Part shown: in pieces, positions 22,943-35,453 of the stretch
How positions within the stretch are numbered: the first letter of the stretch is position 1
Layout: the number at the start of each line of letters is the position of its first letter
Assembly (NCBI GenBank): GCA_905178155.1
Contig: CAJINV010000009.1
Coordinates: 62,001 to 126,000, forward strand
Direction of reading: 5' to 3'
DNA from: Amoebophrya sp. A120
Taxonomy: Eukaryota > Protista > Dinoflagellata
Length of the DNA: 64,000 nt
Program-made: the position numbers and the translations under genes
Notes under the pieces: generated by a model
What the model was told of the DNA's origin: nothing
The model's database searches: none
Seen by the model: the letters and a program-made list of their open reading frames with translations, nothing else

Positions 22943-25900
22943 ATGCAGCGGGAGGTTTTCGTTTTCATTTCCCGCCGATGCCGCGTGCGGTGTCGGCTTT
23001 TTTCGTTTGCCGGGTTACTGCTGCTAACTGTTTTCAATTTCAGTCGTGCAGCAAAGCAGCAGCCGCCCGACAAGCGGAAGACACCAGAAGGCTCGGCGAA
23101 GCAAAGGGAGACAGCGGGACCATCCTCGACTGTATGCATGTTGCTGAGTGTTTCGGTTTTTTTGCTGGTCGGGCCTGTGTACGATTTCTTTGTGCACCGG
23201 TGCTGGAAGCAAGTGATAATGGAGCATTGTGCCCGAAGACCCAGAGGAAAATGCTCTTGCGCATGGAACTGAAAAAGAAAAATTTGAAAAAAGGAAAAAT
23301 TGCATCTGCCGAGCAGCGTAGAAACCGAAGCTCTATTTTCGAGCTGATACTTCATGCGCGACTTCCACACGGGCCAGCTGAACCAGGCGTCGTTTAAGGA
23401 GAAAATTCGCGGCAATGCCAACCACAACGACTATGGTAGTAGTTCTTTTTTCTCCGGTGGCTCTGGCTACAATGCTGAGCTTGACTGTCTTAATGTCGTC
23501 CAGAACAAGGTTCGCGTTGTCGTCGCGCTGCGCGAGGAGATTGAAAATTATCTGGCACAAGAGGACGTTGATTTGGCGGAGCAGATCGCTGGTGGCTCCG
23601 AAGCAGATCTGCGAGACATGACTTTCATCACTGGCCCGCAGGATGAGGTCCTGCAGCCTTTGTTGGACTTTTTCCTCGTGCACCCTCGGAAGAAAGCGGA
23701 ACTTTTCATCGAGTGTCCGCAGGCGGTGCTGTTGGCGCAAATGGTCCAAAGTTACTTGAACACGCGGACGAAGTTGCTGGAGGAGGTAGGGTGATGAACA
23801 TTGTAATCTTGGACTGCAGCTGGTAGTCATCAAACTCAAAGCTAACACACACGTGTTTATTTGCGTGTTCTAGCATAGAAAGTCAAACTCGTGTCATGCG
23901 CTGAGGAGTTGCCGTACTACATAAGATTCCAACTGCTCCCTGTATCACTGCAGTCCGAGTTTTTCATGTGCATAAGCAATCGGCGCAGCGAACTACTACA
24001 ATTTTATCACTGGGACTTACTTTCCAGAAAAAGGAAACAATAGCGCCGTTGCCGGAGAAATGATACCTAAAAGCAACTTCCGCTTGCAGTTGCTTTCCGA
24101 GGACTTGGAGAGGGTGAATGACGTGGTGGAATTCGCCAAAGAGGTGGAGTGGAAAGAGTGGCACTCGCTCTTCACAAGGGTGATGAAAAAAACCAATCTG
24201 ATCCTGATTGCCGACAACGAGGGCAACTACTGGTCCGAAGCGAAGGTGCTCGACTCCTTCATCGGTGCTGATGACCGGACGAATTATGCTGATTCCGCGG
24301 ATGAAGCAGGGAAAGGCGCTCAGCAGAATGGTATATCCTTCGACTTTCACGCGATGCGGCGGTGCGACGGTTTGCGGGATTTGGGAAATTTGCAGGATTT
24401 CGAGTTGAAGGAGTGTCTTTTGAAATGCGAGTCGAACCCGGTTTGCAAATCCGTCACGTGGTCTGCCACGAACAAGCGTTGTTTTTTGTCTTCCGTGTGC
24501 GAAAACGCGATCGCGGTCACGGACTTTCGCTATTTGCTGTTTGAACGCAGGGAAAATGCCGTTGCTACTGACGCACTGATTGCCGGTCACGGCAGTTCAC
24601 CCTTACAAAAGAGCAAGCGCCTGTTGAGTAGCAACAACCTGATTGCCGAGTGGACTCCGCGCATCGGGCACGGGATGGCCGTTTTCAAGGACGAAGTAGT
24701 CGTGCTTGGGGGGCACGGCGTGAACGAACTTGGAGTGAAGGGGGTACTGAAAGAGCAGGAGAAAACAGAGGGTGCTGCTGGCGAGGTCGACGTTGATGTC
24801 AAGAAGGAGAAAGCAAAGACATCAGGAGCGAAGGAGAAATCGCCTGCAAAAGAAGCAAAAGAAACGACTACGACGACAAGAAGTACTACCGCAGTCACAG
24901 GCGGAGAGACGAAGGAAAAGGACAATTCACCAGCAGCACTGGAAATTAACGAAGATGCCAGCAGCAACGCTACTGCAGCAAATGCTTCAACTACAAACTC
25001 GACGAACGCAACTGAGACCGACACTCTTGCTGCAAATGTACAGACCATGTCGACAAACACTACATCCACGAATGCGACGACTGATCCTCTCGGGAGCAAA
25101 ATGAAGAAGGATAATATCACTGTGACCAGACAGCACTTGGCCGCAGACTTGGAGCACGGTTTGACGCGGAAAAACCTGGTGTACAGCTACCGGAGTCGGA
25201 ACGTCGATTTGAGTGAGAAATACATCCCGATCCGCGACTTGCCCTACGGGCGCCTGTCGGATGTGTGGGTTTTATCATCTTCTGCAGTGCAGCAGCCCGA
25301 TGCAGAGGTCGAGAGTCTCGCTTGGAATGAATTTGCTTCCTCTTCGAAGACGAACGTTACGCATGTGCCAGCGTCACGGAACGAAACTGATGAAACTGTA
25401 GCGGTTCCTCAATTCTCGGAAACAACGAGAAAGTTTCTGAAGTTGCTACGCGCAGACGTGAATGGCTTTTTGCGGGCGCGGAATGACACTTTGCTACCGC
25501 TGACCGAGGAGGAGAAACAAGAGGAGCTGCTAAAGCAGGCGAATGCAACGGCAAGCAATTCTTCTGCAAACAGCACAGAAACTGCACCTGCAGCGAATAG
25601 TACTATGAAGAATGCCTCCGCGATGTCGAATGATACTGCAACTTCATCTGGAGAACAAAATATCACCGGCTCGCTTGATAATTCCACTGCTAATAACGAT
25701 GCGAACACGACGAATCTGACGTTGTCCACAAATCTTTCGGCACAGGAGGAGCAGAAAAACCTGATGACGCCGCAGAAAAGCGCCACTGTCGTTGATGAGG
25801 AAGCCGAATTTCTTGGTTCGCCTCCGGAAAACAATCAACCATCTTTGGAAAAAGCGCCAAATTATGTGAAGATCGTGCATCGTCGATCTAATGCTACAGG

Positions 25901-28900
25901 GAGGGTCGTGTTGCATGCCGTCGGACAAAGTCCTGAAAGCGAACCGGGATTCAATACGAGCGCTGTGGAAGTAGCCAACACCACGAATGAAACCGCGACT
26001 GTACCTCCAAACACCTCTGCTGTGGCGTCGGATGCAGAGTCGAAAACTGGTGTAGTTCAAGCGGGGCATCAGGGAAAAGACGGCAAAGATACGAAAGCTG
26101 AGTCGAAAAAAGACGGAAAAGTTAGTTCTGATGATTCAAAAGACGAAAAGGACAAGAAAAGCGCGAAAAAGGTGGAGAAAGAGTCACTAACAAAAGAGAA
26201 AAGCAGCGACTCGCCACCTACAGAGGTAGTAGCGGAGGAATCTCCCGGGGTTTTAAATGAGACCAACACGACCAGCAACGCCACAAATGCTACAGACGGC
26301 ATAATTCAGAAGCCAGCGCTGGACCCGAAACTCGTCGGCTTCGAAACCTCCGACGGGCGCTCGTTGCAGTACCAGATGGGTAGCTCCGACTACTTGTGGC
26401 GCTTCCACACACTGCGCACGATTTGGCAGGGGCGGTCCTTCTTCGGGACGGCGGTTTTGAAAGTCGGAGATGAACAAGAGCAGATGGTTCTGTTTGGTGG
26501 CGTGAACGGGAAAAATGAGTATTTGAACGACGTTTGGACCACCAAGGATCTGTGGTCGTGGGAGAAGCTCGACTTTCACCGGATTTGGAAGCCCCGCGCC
26601 GCCTTCGCGACGGTGCTTGTGGAGGGGAACAAGATTTTGCTGCTCGGGGGTCGAGGGGAGGACGGGAAAGTTTTCAAGGATGTATGGCTGATGGAATTCG
26701 AGGGTGTGCGGAACAAGATTGAAAAATGCGCTACTTTTCTCGACGACAGTTCTTCTTCTGGCAAGGATATAAAATGCACAGCAACTCCTGTGTCGTCCGA
26801 GCTAGCAGCAAAAGAGCTGGACCGCCCTGAGGTAGCGCGACCGCAGCTACAGCCGCGATGGCGGCGCGTGACCACCCGTGCTCCCTGGGAGGCGAGGTCG
26901 GACTTTGCGGTGGCAGTGTTGGAGCAGAAGAGGCAAATCATTTTGCATGGGGGTCGGAACCAGGAGGACGAAGTGCTGGACGATGTTTGGGTAGCAGACA
27001 TCTCTGGATTGCTGGACACGGAGGCGGAAGATGTGGCGGAGAAGGGGAAGAAAGAAACAGGAGTGGGTACAAACAAGCCTAAATCTTCCCAGCAGGAAAA
27101 AGAGCATGTCGCAGCAATGAAACCAACCGAAATTTCGTCGAACAGCACGAGTGTCGACGACTTTTGGTCGGCTGACCGTTTGGCCACATTGGCTGTGGAC
27201 TACATCTACGGGCCGTTCTTGCAAGAGTTTGATCAGGACGGCGCTCTCCTTGGCGCGTGTGGCTGGGAAAGTGGTACTCCGGCTGGCTTTGGTTTTGACG
27301 CAGGAGGCAATGCTGCGGAAGATGCATCCGCTTTGCAAGCAGCTGCGAACCAAGACGAAATAGAGCAGGAATCTGCAGTGCCAGCAGAACCTACACCTTC
27401 GGCTCGGCAGCAACAGCTGAAGATGAAAGTCGAGTGGTTTCAAGTGCTTCAACAAGACGACGCCAAGTTAGCGCGATCGGGGCACAGCCTGGTAACCCAC
27501 AGGCCTGGCACTGATAAAGATTTCGCAGACCACGAGTTAGTTCTGTTGGTGGGCGGATACTACGTGACAACCGCCGGTGCAAAAGCTAAACCTCACTATG
27601 GCAGCTATTTGTTGTCCACCACGGATTCAGCTACCGCCATCAATGGCGAAACTGCGAAGACCAGCGTGGCGCACGCCCAGGAACTCCGCTTCTTGCCGAT
27701 CACCGTCCCAACAATCCCTGATGTGGTTTGGTTTCCTCGAATGCACGCAAGAGTTGCGTTGCAAGGGGAGCTACTAACGCTGTCTGGCGGCATGACCGCA
27801 GAGGGGTACTATGATAACAGCGTGTTTCAGTGGAACGTGACAGAAGCCTTGCACTTTTCCTTTCCGGAAGAAGTTTCCACAATGTCGCTGAGCTTTAGTT
27901 TAAACTTGAAGCGGGCAGCGGAGTACAATACTGCGGAACACTTTCGACCCTCTCGACAACACCAACAAATTCCGGCGGGCAATGAATCTGCTATCCGAAA
28001 AGTGGACAACTTTCGGCTCCAGACTGCTCTTGATTCGGATGGGGAATTTTCTGGCAATGGCGATGCGTCGACAGAAAGACAAGGCACCACACTCTCCTAC
28101 TTCGAACGGTCGCAGCGAATCTCCAAAATCTTTTTCACGGCCGTGCTTCCGAAGATGTGCGCCACGCACGCAGCGCGGCTGAAGGCCCGCACCGTCTACT
28201 TGTGGAACGTTTTCGAGAAAGAAGTAAAAGAAATCTTCTCCGGGCAAGGTAGGGGACAACACTCCAAAAGCCGCGCAAGGACAACCAAGTCAAAAACGAA
28301 CAAGAAAACGTCTGCAGAGCGCCAGTTACTGAAATCTGAAAAGGACTACGGTCGCGACAGGCAAACGATGTACTCCCTGCGGGAGTTGGAAAGTGAGGAG
28401 CATCATTGGGCTATACCCGAACCTTTGCTGTTCGAAGAGGGACCGAGCGGAGCCGAAGAGGACGGCACTGCAAGAAAGAGCACTAGTGGAATAAATACGA
28501 ACAGGTCATTCTCGGGCTCGAAAGAAAAATCAACTTCGATACCCTCTCCGCCCGCGTCGTCGCTCAGGTCGGAGAATGCGTGGTTTTTTCTCGCGTTGGT
28601 TATCATGTTTTCCTCGCGGAAGTACCTGTTCAAGAAGGAGAACTTGTTTCGCTTCTGGCTGTGGATGCGTATCGCCGCCGCGTGCAGCACACTGTGGTAC
28701 GTTCTCGTGATTTTCACATTGGATGAGGGCCAGGTTTTGGACGATTTGGGCAAAAGCGCGGAGATGGAAACTCGTTCGTTGTCGGTGGATGGGAGTCTCC
28801 GATCGTCTACTTTACACGGTGCGGCAACCAGACCAGAGCATTCGTCTGTCGGTGGAGAGCAGGACAATGCATTTTCAGCTGGTGGTACAGAAATGATCGG

Positions 28901-31171
28901 GCGGGTCCTTCCTGAGGAAGAAAACGCAGCAGCTTCCGCGCTCACCCTGTTCGACAAGAAAACCGGCGCGGAACAACAAAACAACGAAGATCGGATTGAT
29001 TCAGCTTTGCTCAAGGAGAAAACGTACTGGCAAAAAGAGTTGGAAGCCACGAAAATCCATCTGGAAACGCTGATCCGCATCAGTTCGGCGGAGCAAGCGT
29101 CTATCAAAAGGAAAAATCCCCCCTCCCCATATCGAAAACGAAATTTGTGTTGCTGTACTTGAGTACACAAATCGACTTGTAATGCTAGAAGGCCAAGAGA
29201 CGCAGCTGTGGCCTCGTTTGCAGGCAATTTGTCATGCTGTTTCCCACTTCCAGCTGCCCCCTGTCATGCTGAAGATGCAAGGCTTTCCCACGCCAACCAG
29301 CACTACAGTCCGCATCTTTTTCCTTCTAGCATGACAAAGCTGATTTGTGACCACAAATCTGCATCGCAAATTTCTAGTTTGAGTATGGGGAGGAGGGATT
29401 TTTCCTTTTGATAGCGTCCGGTGGCAGTTCCGACCCGTTCAATCCGTACGGCGGTCTGGGTGGCGGGCCCTCGCCCTACGGCGGCGGCTTCATGGACGAC
29501 TACCTCGGAATGGGGATGCGGGACTCCGAATTCCTCCACACGCGCCAGTACCCGGGCATGATGGGAGGATTAGGCGGCTACGGAGGGGGTTTCGGCGGCG
29601 GCGGGTTCGGCGGCGGCTTGCGGGGACAGCAAGCGCTTCTGCAGCACACCGGGGACATGTACTGTCGAACCCCGCAGTGCTCGCGCGACTACCCGGCCTG
29701 CCGCAACAGTTTTTTCACCAACCTTCCCTGCTGCAGCGACCTGATGTTCGTGATGCTGGCGGACGTGGCCGAGTTGCTGGAAAAGCTGCACATTCCCTAC
29801 TTTTTGCTCTACGGGACGCTATTGGGCGGCGTGCGGGACCAGGATATCATCCAGCACACGCAAGACATCGATTTGGTCGTGGACCGGCGCTACTGGGAGC
29901 TGTTCGCGCAGGCGGTGCTGGCGCCGGAAAGTTTGCACAATTTCGTCTTCAAAAACCAGAAAATCGCGGACCTGCTGTTGGAAAACTTGCGAAAGGAAGC
30001 GAGAGTTGTGACGATGACGGCTGACTCCGGTACTTCTGCGGCGATTGCAACATCCAAGTCGGCTGGTGCTGTTTTGGAGCCGGCTTTCGGTGGCAGTGAA
30101 GGAAACACGCAGGCGGAGGAGCACAGTCGAAGTCGTCTGGCGGCAGATATAGTAGGTGAACATGGTGTTGGTGGCAGGGAGAAAGTGAACGAAGTCGCCG
30201 GCAATCTTCAAGGTGCAACGTCGAAGATGAAACGATCCGGACAAACGGTCGTGACTGCTTCTAGTACGAGCACCTCTACAAGCACCTCGAGCACGTTCAC
30301 TTCAACCACGGCGATGGCGAAACTTGCACTGCTGATTGACCAAGAAAGCAGCAGCAGCAGCAGCTCAAGTGAGAGCGAAGAAACTGTTGCTGCGAAGAGG
30401 AAAAAGGATTTGGCTACTGCTGGTATTGCGCAACTCTTGGGGAGTGCGTCGCCCTCTGTAGCTCCCAGCGGAGCAGCACAATCTTCGTCGGTTGGAAAGG
30501 TGGAGAACAATGGCAGTACTACCACGGCGAAAAAGAGTAAGAAAAAAGTGCAGAAGTCTATCGCGGAACAAGTGCTTCCGCAGCAGCTCTTGAGGACAAC
30601 GAACGCCGACGGCCTGTTGCAAGATACCTTTCCAACCAGTCTGCAGAAGAAAGCATCGAGTTCGCCGGGCAAGCCGGACGGTGCAAGCAAGAAATCCTCT
30701 GACGATCATTCGTCCAAGTCCGCGCCTTCCTCCGCCCGCTTGATCAGTAAGCAGAAGTGGAAGCATTTCTTCAAAGGCATCGAGAAACACCCGTCGCGGC
30801 GCTACAACTTTGGCGTGGACCAGTGGGAGCAGAAGGTTGCGCGGGTGTGTGCGGACTACGCTGGCTTCCCGAGCACGCAATTTAAGCCGAGTTCCGACGT
30901 GAAGTCCGACCCGCTGAACAATCTGGACATGTTTGGGGAGCAAACCGTGACCGCCAGCATCGAGCGGGGCGTGGACTATCACCTGGACTTCTACAACGTG
31001 GATTGGTGGGTCTTCGAGGAGATGAAACTCGCAGACTGTGTCGGGGACGGAAAGAAAATCCGCATCCGCGACCGGTACTTCTCCGTTCCGGCGCGGCCCC
31101 GGGCCTGCGTGGAAAAGCTGTACGGGGCAGACTGGAAGACACCGAGGGTGGGCCTCAACGGCGTCAACTGA
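22943..31171 (+). CDS. Large secretory-pathway membrane protein: PAN/apple-like domain, Kelch repeats, 2 TM helices, C-terminal LicD/fukutin-family nucleotidyltransferase domain
   Basis: PAN-like CLLKCESNPVCKSVTWSATNKRCFL. Six Kelch-like blades (e.g. WKPRAAFATVLVEGNKILLLGGRGEDGKVFKDVW). Many NxS/T sequons. LicD motif IPYFLLYGTLLGGVRDQDIIQHTQDIDLVV. ORFs 24060 and 29408 fuse on introner removal (EQAS|GGSSDPF). Exon 23354-23789 is probable; the signal-peptide exon from 22943 is tentative. Confidence 0.75.
23793..23974. mobile_element. Degenerate introner-like intron
   Basis: Left end GATGAACATTGTAATCTTGGACTGCAG versus reverse complement of right end TATGCACATGAAAAACTCGGACTGCAG (20/27). Removing element+5 bp (187 nt) joins LLEEV|AIGAANYYNFITG in frame with the 24060 ORF. 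No in-frame GT-AG pair was found by eye. Confidence 0.55.
29102..29413. mobile_element. Introner element, TIR family C
   Basis: TATCAAAAGGAAAAATCCCCCCTCCCCATA / TATGGGGAGGAGGGATTTTTCCTTTTGATA (1 mismatch). Direct repeat GCGTC at 29097-29101 and 29414-29418. Excision is in frame. Confidence 0.93.
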
Positions 31172-32086
31172 TGGAAGAATAGCGTGGTGGGCAGCGTCGC
31201 CGGTGAGGCGACGTGGTTTTTGCCCCAGATACAGGGCGATGTAAAGAACTAGCTTTGAAGTAGAAAATAAACGAAAATATAATGAGGCGTAAATAAGTAC
31301 GAGGATAGCGATGGTGCTAGGTAGAAAAGTAGGGGCGAAGAGAAATCTAACGAGAAAATACGGAAGGATTCGAAGCGGAGGTGACATCGAAAAAGGCCAC
31401 GCCTGTAGGTGGGATTTTTCTATTGCGAATACTCACGTATACGTAAGGATGTAATTGGCTTGTCGCGACTACCTAAAACTCAAACTGTAAAGTACATTCG
31501 ATATGCCATGCAGAAATCCTTCCTTGTGAGGAGACTAAGACGTGATGGTGAAGTTCCTTCCAAGACGAGGCTTTCACCGCTAGCAGAAATCTTTTCTCAG
31601 TCCGTCGCATTGATCTCAATTCAATCGTTTTCAACTTTCCGTGACTACCCAATGCTGCAAAAGGGTCATAACCGATCGCGATGACTAATTCGTCAATATC
31701 GTTACCGTGAAACATATCGTCATCGTGAAACTTTGCTACTCTGGAATCCGCCGAAGAAAATAGTACCTGCAAAGTCATGATGCTGGTGCTCCGGCGCCGG
31801 CTATTCATAGTACTCCACTTCGTGGCTATTCGTGAAAATAGAAAAGAACATCGTAATTGTTGCAAATCAGTTTTCTCGTGAAATGCAATCATCAATGTCA
31901 ATCATCGTGTAAAAAGTGATTCGTTGTATCGCTAGTCCTACTTGCTAGTAGATTTTGATCGACGGAAACCGAAACTGCAATGATGCTACCGAATCAGAGT
32001 CTTGGACCAGGCTTGCTTTTTTTTTCGCGAGAATCGATGATCTTCATCTCACTCTTAGTGTGATTTTCTAGTGAACAACCTTCATC

Positions 32087-34558
32087 ATGGCGTACTACGT
32101 TTACCCAGCGACCGGTTCGAATCAGGCGGGACACCAGGAGCAGACTGAGTACCCCAGTTATTCCAGTCCTTACCATTCGAACACGAGCAACCCGGCGATG
32201 CTGGCGGTTTCGCCGGTTGCGGCGGCCGGAAATGCGGACCCGTACCTGATTCCTTCCCCGGTGGCTGGTGTGATGGCCAGCCCGCTGTTCGACAATCACC
32301 ACTCGTGGGAGCAGGAGGAGGTTGCGGGCGGGCACCACTCGTGGGAGGAAGAGAAGAGCGAGGTTTCCGTCGGCGGGGCGAATCAAGGTCAGGCTGGCAC
32401 TGCGCAACAGAGCGGAACGGAGGAAAACCAGCAGCAGCTCGCGCAACAGCACATGTACTACGGCGCAGCAGCTCCACTTGCGAGCATGCATCACCAGCCT
32501 CCCTACATGATCGCGGCTGCGCATCCCCAGGCGGCATTTTACCATCCGCAGTACGCCGCGGCCGCTGGTGCGGCCGGAGCGCACTTCCAGCCGATCATGC
32601 TCGTGCCGGTGGCGCCTTTCCCGCACGCCGCGTACTACGGAGCAACGACCGGCGGACACGATATGTGGGCAGCTGCAGCGGGAGGTGCTCCAACCAGTGA
32701 CTATTTTCACTACCCCGGAGGAGACAACACCTTCCAGCAGCATCAGGATTGGACCGCGACGGACGACAAAAAGAACCCGAAAAGTACTGGAAAAAAGGAT
32801 GCTGCGGCCGCTGGGTCGTCCCCATCGCGCGCTAAAAACGCACACAGTACGCCGGTGAAGATGTTGATGAACAAAAAAGGCGGGCCGGCTGTGTCCTCTT
32901 CAGTGGACCGCCAAAAGCTCATGACAACTCCGGGGGGAAACAATCACAGCCCGCTGAAGGCGCCCCCGGGGCTGGAAGAAGATTTGGACGGTCCGCCGCC
33001 GGGATTGGACCCTCCGTCTCCGAAGAAAGAAGAACAGCACACCTCCAGCAGCACTTCCTGGCGGAAAGTACCAGCAGAAACTTCCAAGAAGGTTGAAGTG
33101 AAAGCGCCGGAGCTGAGCTGCTACCACGACTTGCAGAAAGAGGAGGTGGTGCTCAGTTGGAAACAGGAGGCGGTTTCAAAAAAAGACAGCAAAGCAGAGT
33201 CCAGCAGCGGTGAGCAGGATTCCGAGTCCTCTTCTACTCAGCAAAATCACACAAAGTCACTCTATTCCTGCACTTTCCCCATTGCCCTGCACCCCCTGTC
33301 CTACATGTTCCAGCCGATTGCGCGGGTGCGCGGGTTCGAGGACGCGAACCTGAAGTCGGTTCTGAGTGAGATCCACGACGAGGTGGAGGTGACCGTGCAC
33401 ATCTCGGACTTTCTGCTCGCGCAGACCTTGCCGTCGGCCAAGCAGGACAGCAAGACGAAGTCGAAGAAGCTGGAGCGGAACAAGGAGCTGTACTCCAAGC
33501 GCGGGTTTTACCACGGCAACCTGCAGCAGTGTCCGGTAATGGTGAAGGTGTGGGCGAAAAACAAGGAGACTGTGGTGAAAGCGAAGTGGTTGCTGCAGAA
33601 GTTGATGGCGTCCGTGAGCAAATCCGTCATGAACCAGAGTTCCAATTCCAGCCCGAAGAAGAATTTAAACGGGGCGGACTTCGATCCGAACAAGGTCGTG
33701 TGGTGGTACATGGAGAGTGCCAGCAATAGCAGTATGAACACACCCAGCACCTCCCACTCCGGGTCGAAGGTCGGCTCGAAAGAGCTGCACGTCCAGAAAA
33801 GTTCGAAAGAGGTCGTGGAGGAGACGAGTAGCAGCAAAAATGATCCGGAACATCAAAACGGCGCCGGCTCTAAAAATTCTGGTCAACCGAATTCGACGAG
33901 ATCTTCGAAAACTTGCTCGGGTACTACTAAAAATACCGACGCGATCAACACTGCCTTGAATTTCCAGATGCGGACGGAGCTGCACGAATTGGAGCGGCAG
34001 TGGCGGAAAGCGGACTACGGCAGCAGCTACAACAACGTCTTCATGCGGTTTGTGCACGACACGCAAAATGCGCAGACGGTCTTCGACAAATCGATGCAGG
34101 AGGTGTCTGCGGTGAGCTCGAAGTCCAGTGAATTGCTGCTGATCGGCGACCTGCTGAGCGAGTTGAAGCCGGAGGCGATGCTCTCCTCCTCCGCGTCGGA
34201 ATCCAGCTCCTCGAAGCGCACCTCGCGGGCGCACTTCGCGGGCAGCAAGTCGAGTATGGCGGGGAGCGTGACCAGCGCGAGTGGGGCCGAGGAAATTGAG
34301 CAGCGGGTGCGGATCGAGGAGCGGGCGATCGCTGCTGGAACGAAAAACAGTGGTTCGTCGGACAATATGCCGAAATCCAACTACAGTGCCTCGGTGCTGT
34401 ACCACGCGGTGTCGAAGAGTAAGCAGATGATGATGAATCTCGGTGTGGACCAGCACATGCTGGTTTCAACGGCGTCGGAGGAAGAGGTGCTGATGCAGGA
34501 CGAAAAGTACCGGAGCTTCAGCAGCTGCTCGGAAACCGCGTCAAATCATCTGGTGTGA
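32087..34558 (+). CDS. Hypothetical protein, Y/P/Q/A-rich N-terminus and possible degenerate KH (KHDC4/BBP-like) RNA-binding domain
   Basis: Intronless 823-aa ORF. Segment FQPIARVRGFEDANLKSVL...PVMVKVWAKNKETVVKAKWLLQKLMASV resembles a KH fold, but the GxxG loop is lost. Confidence 0.7.
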   Translation: MAYYVYPATGSNQAGHQEQTEYPSYSSPYHSNTSNPAMLAVSPVAAAGNADPYLIPSPVAGVMASPLFDNHHSWEQEEVAGGHHSWEEEKSEVSVGGANQGQAGTAQQSGTEENQQQLAQQHMYYGAAAPLASMHHQPPYMIAAAHPQAAFYHPQYAAAAGAAGAHFQPIMLVPVAPFPHAAYYGATTGGHDMWAAAAGGAPTSDYFHYPGGDNTFQQHQDWTATDDKKNPKSTGKKDAAAAGSSPSRAKNAHSTPVKMLMNKKGGPAVSSSVDRQKLMTTPGGNNHSPLKAPPGLEEDLDGPPPGLDPPSPKKEEQHTSSSTSWRKVPAETSKKVEVKAPELSCYHDLQKEEVVLSWKQEAVSKKDSKAESSSGEQDSESSSTQQNHTKSLYSCTFPIALHPLSYMFQPIARVRGFEDANLKSVLSEIHDEVEVTVHISDFLLAQTLPSAKQDSKTKSKKLERNKELYSKRGFYHGNLQQCPVMVKVWAKNKETVVKAKWLLQKLMASVSKSVMNQSSNSSPKKNLNGADFDPNKVVWWYMESASNSSMNTPSTSHSGSKVGSKELHVQKSSKEVVEETSSSKNDPEHQNGAGSKNSGQPNSTRSSKTCSGTTKNTDAINTALNFQMRTELHELERQWRKADYGSSYNNVFMRFVHDTQNAQTVFDKSMQEVSAVSSKSSELLLIGDLLSELKPEAMLSSSASESSSSKRTSRAHFAGSKSSMAGSVTSASGAEEIEQRVRIEERAIAAGTKNSGSSDNMPKSNYSASVLYHAVSKSKQMMMNLGVDQHMLVSTASEEEVLMQDEKYRSFSSCSETASNHLV

Positions 34559-35453
34559 GTTTGGTTGCGATCATCATGAGATGGTCTGACTTGGCGGTAA
34601 GTAACTATGTATCTAGAGTTCGTTAAGGTTTTGTTTTGAATTTTTCACTTGTTTGACAATTTACATTTATTTTACTTTATCAGTTTCATATTAATTACAC
34701 AATCCGTTTCTATTTCTGTTTTGAGTTTTTCGTTTGGTTTTTCGACTTTTCAGCATCACATCTGTAACTTGACAATTTGACTTCCGATTTAAAGCCAATT
34801 TATGGGAATATTGCTTCTTCTACACAATTCGTTTCTAGCGTAGTGAGTTTCAGTTTTTGTATACACAGCATCATTTGTGACTTTCGCCTCTTCGTCTGGA
34901 CTGCAAACTATTTTGGGAACTCGTTTCATTTTAGAAAAAGTCATTTAGTACTGCTGCGTCGCTAGTAGCCTTCAGGTTGTCTGCACAAGCTGCATGTGGA
35001 ACCGGCTCGGAATACTGGATATCGGTCTTCGTCAACGTCTGAGAAAACAAAGCAAGATCACCGATTCGTTTTAAGGACTCACAGCATCGTCATTTCGTAA
35101 ATCGTTGAATCATGCTTGTCGGCGATCATACGTCATTATCGTCAATATCTCGTCGCTTTTCGTCACCCTTGCCATTCGTCGCTTCTCTGATGGATCGAGC
35201 AAGTAGCGTAGCTCAATCCTAACTTTTCCCATTAAAACGCCATAGGTTTTATCGGGGTCTTTTTTTGTCCGACTTTGAATAAAGCCTTGAATTGTACTTT
35301 TGTTTGATCTTCTGGGAACCACTTGGTGTCTAAATCTATCGGAGAATAACCTGCAGAGTCAGACTCTGTAGTTACTTTTGAAACGCACTGCAATTTTCTG
35401 AAAACAAAGAAGAAATACTTCATTCTGCTTTTTGAAAAGATCCAAAAAGCGAT

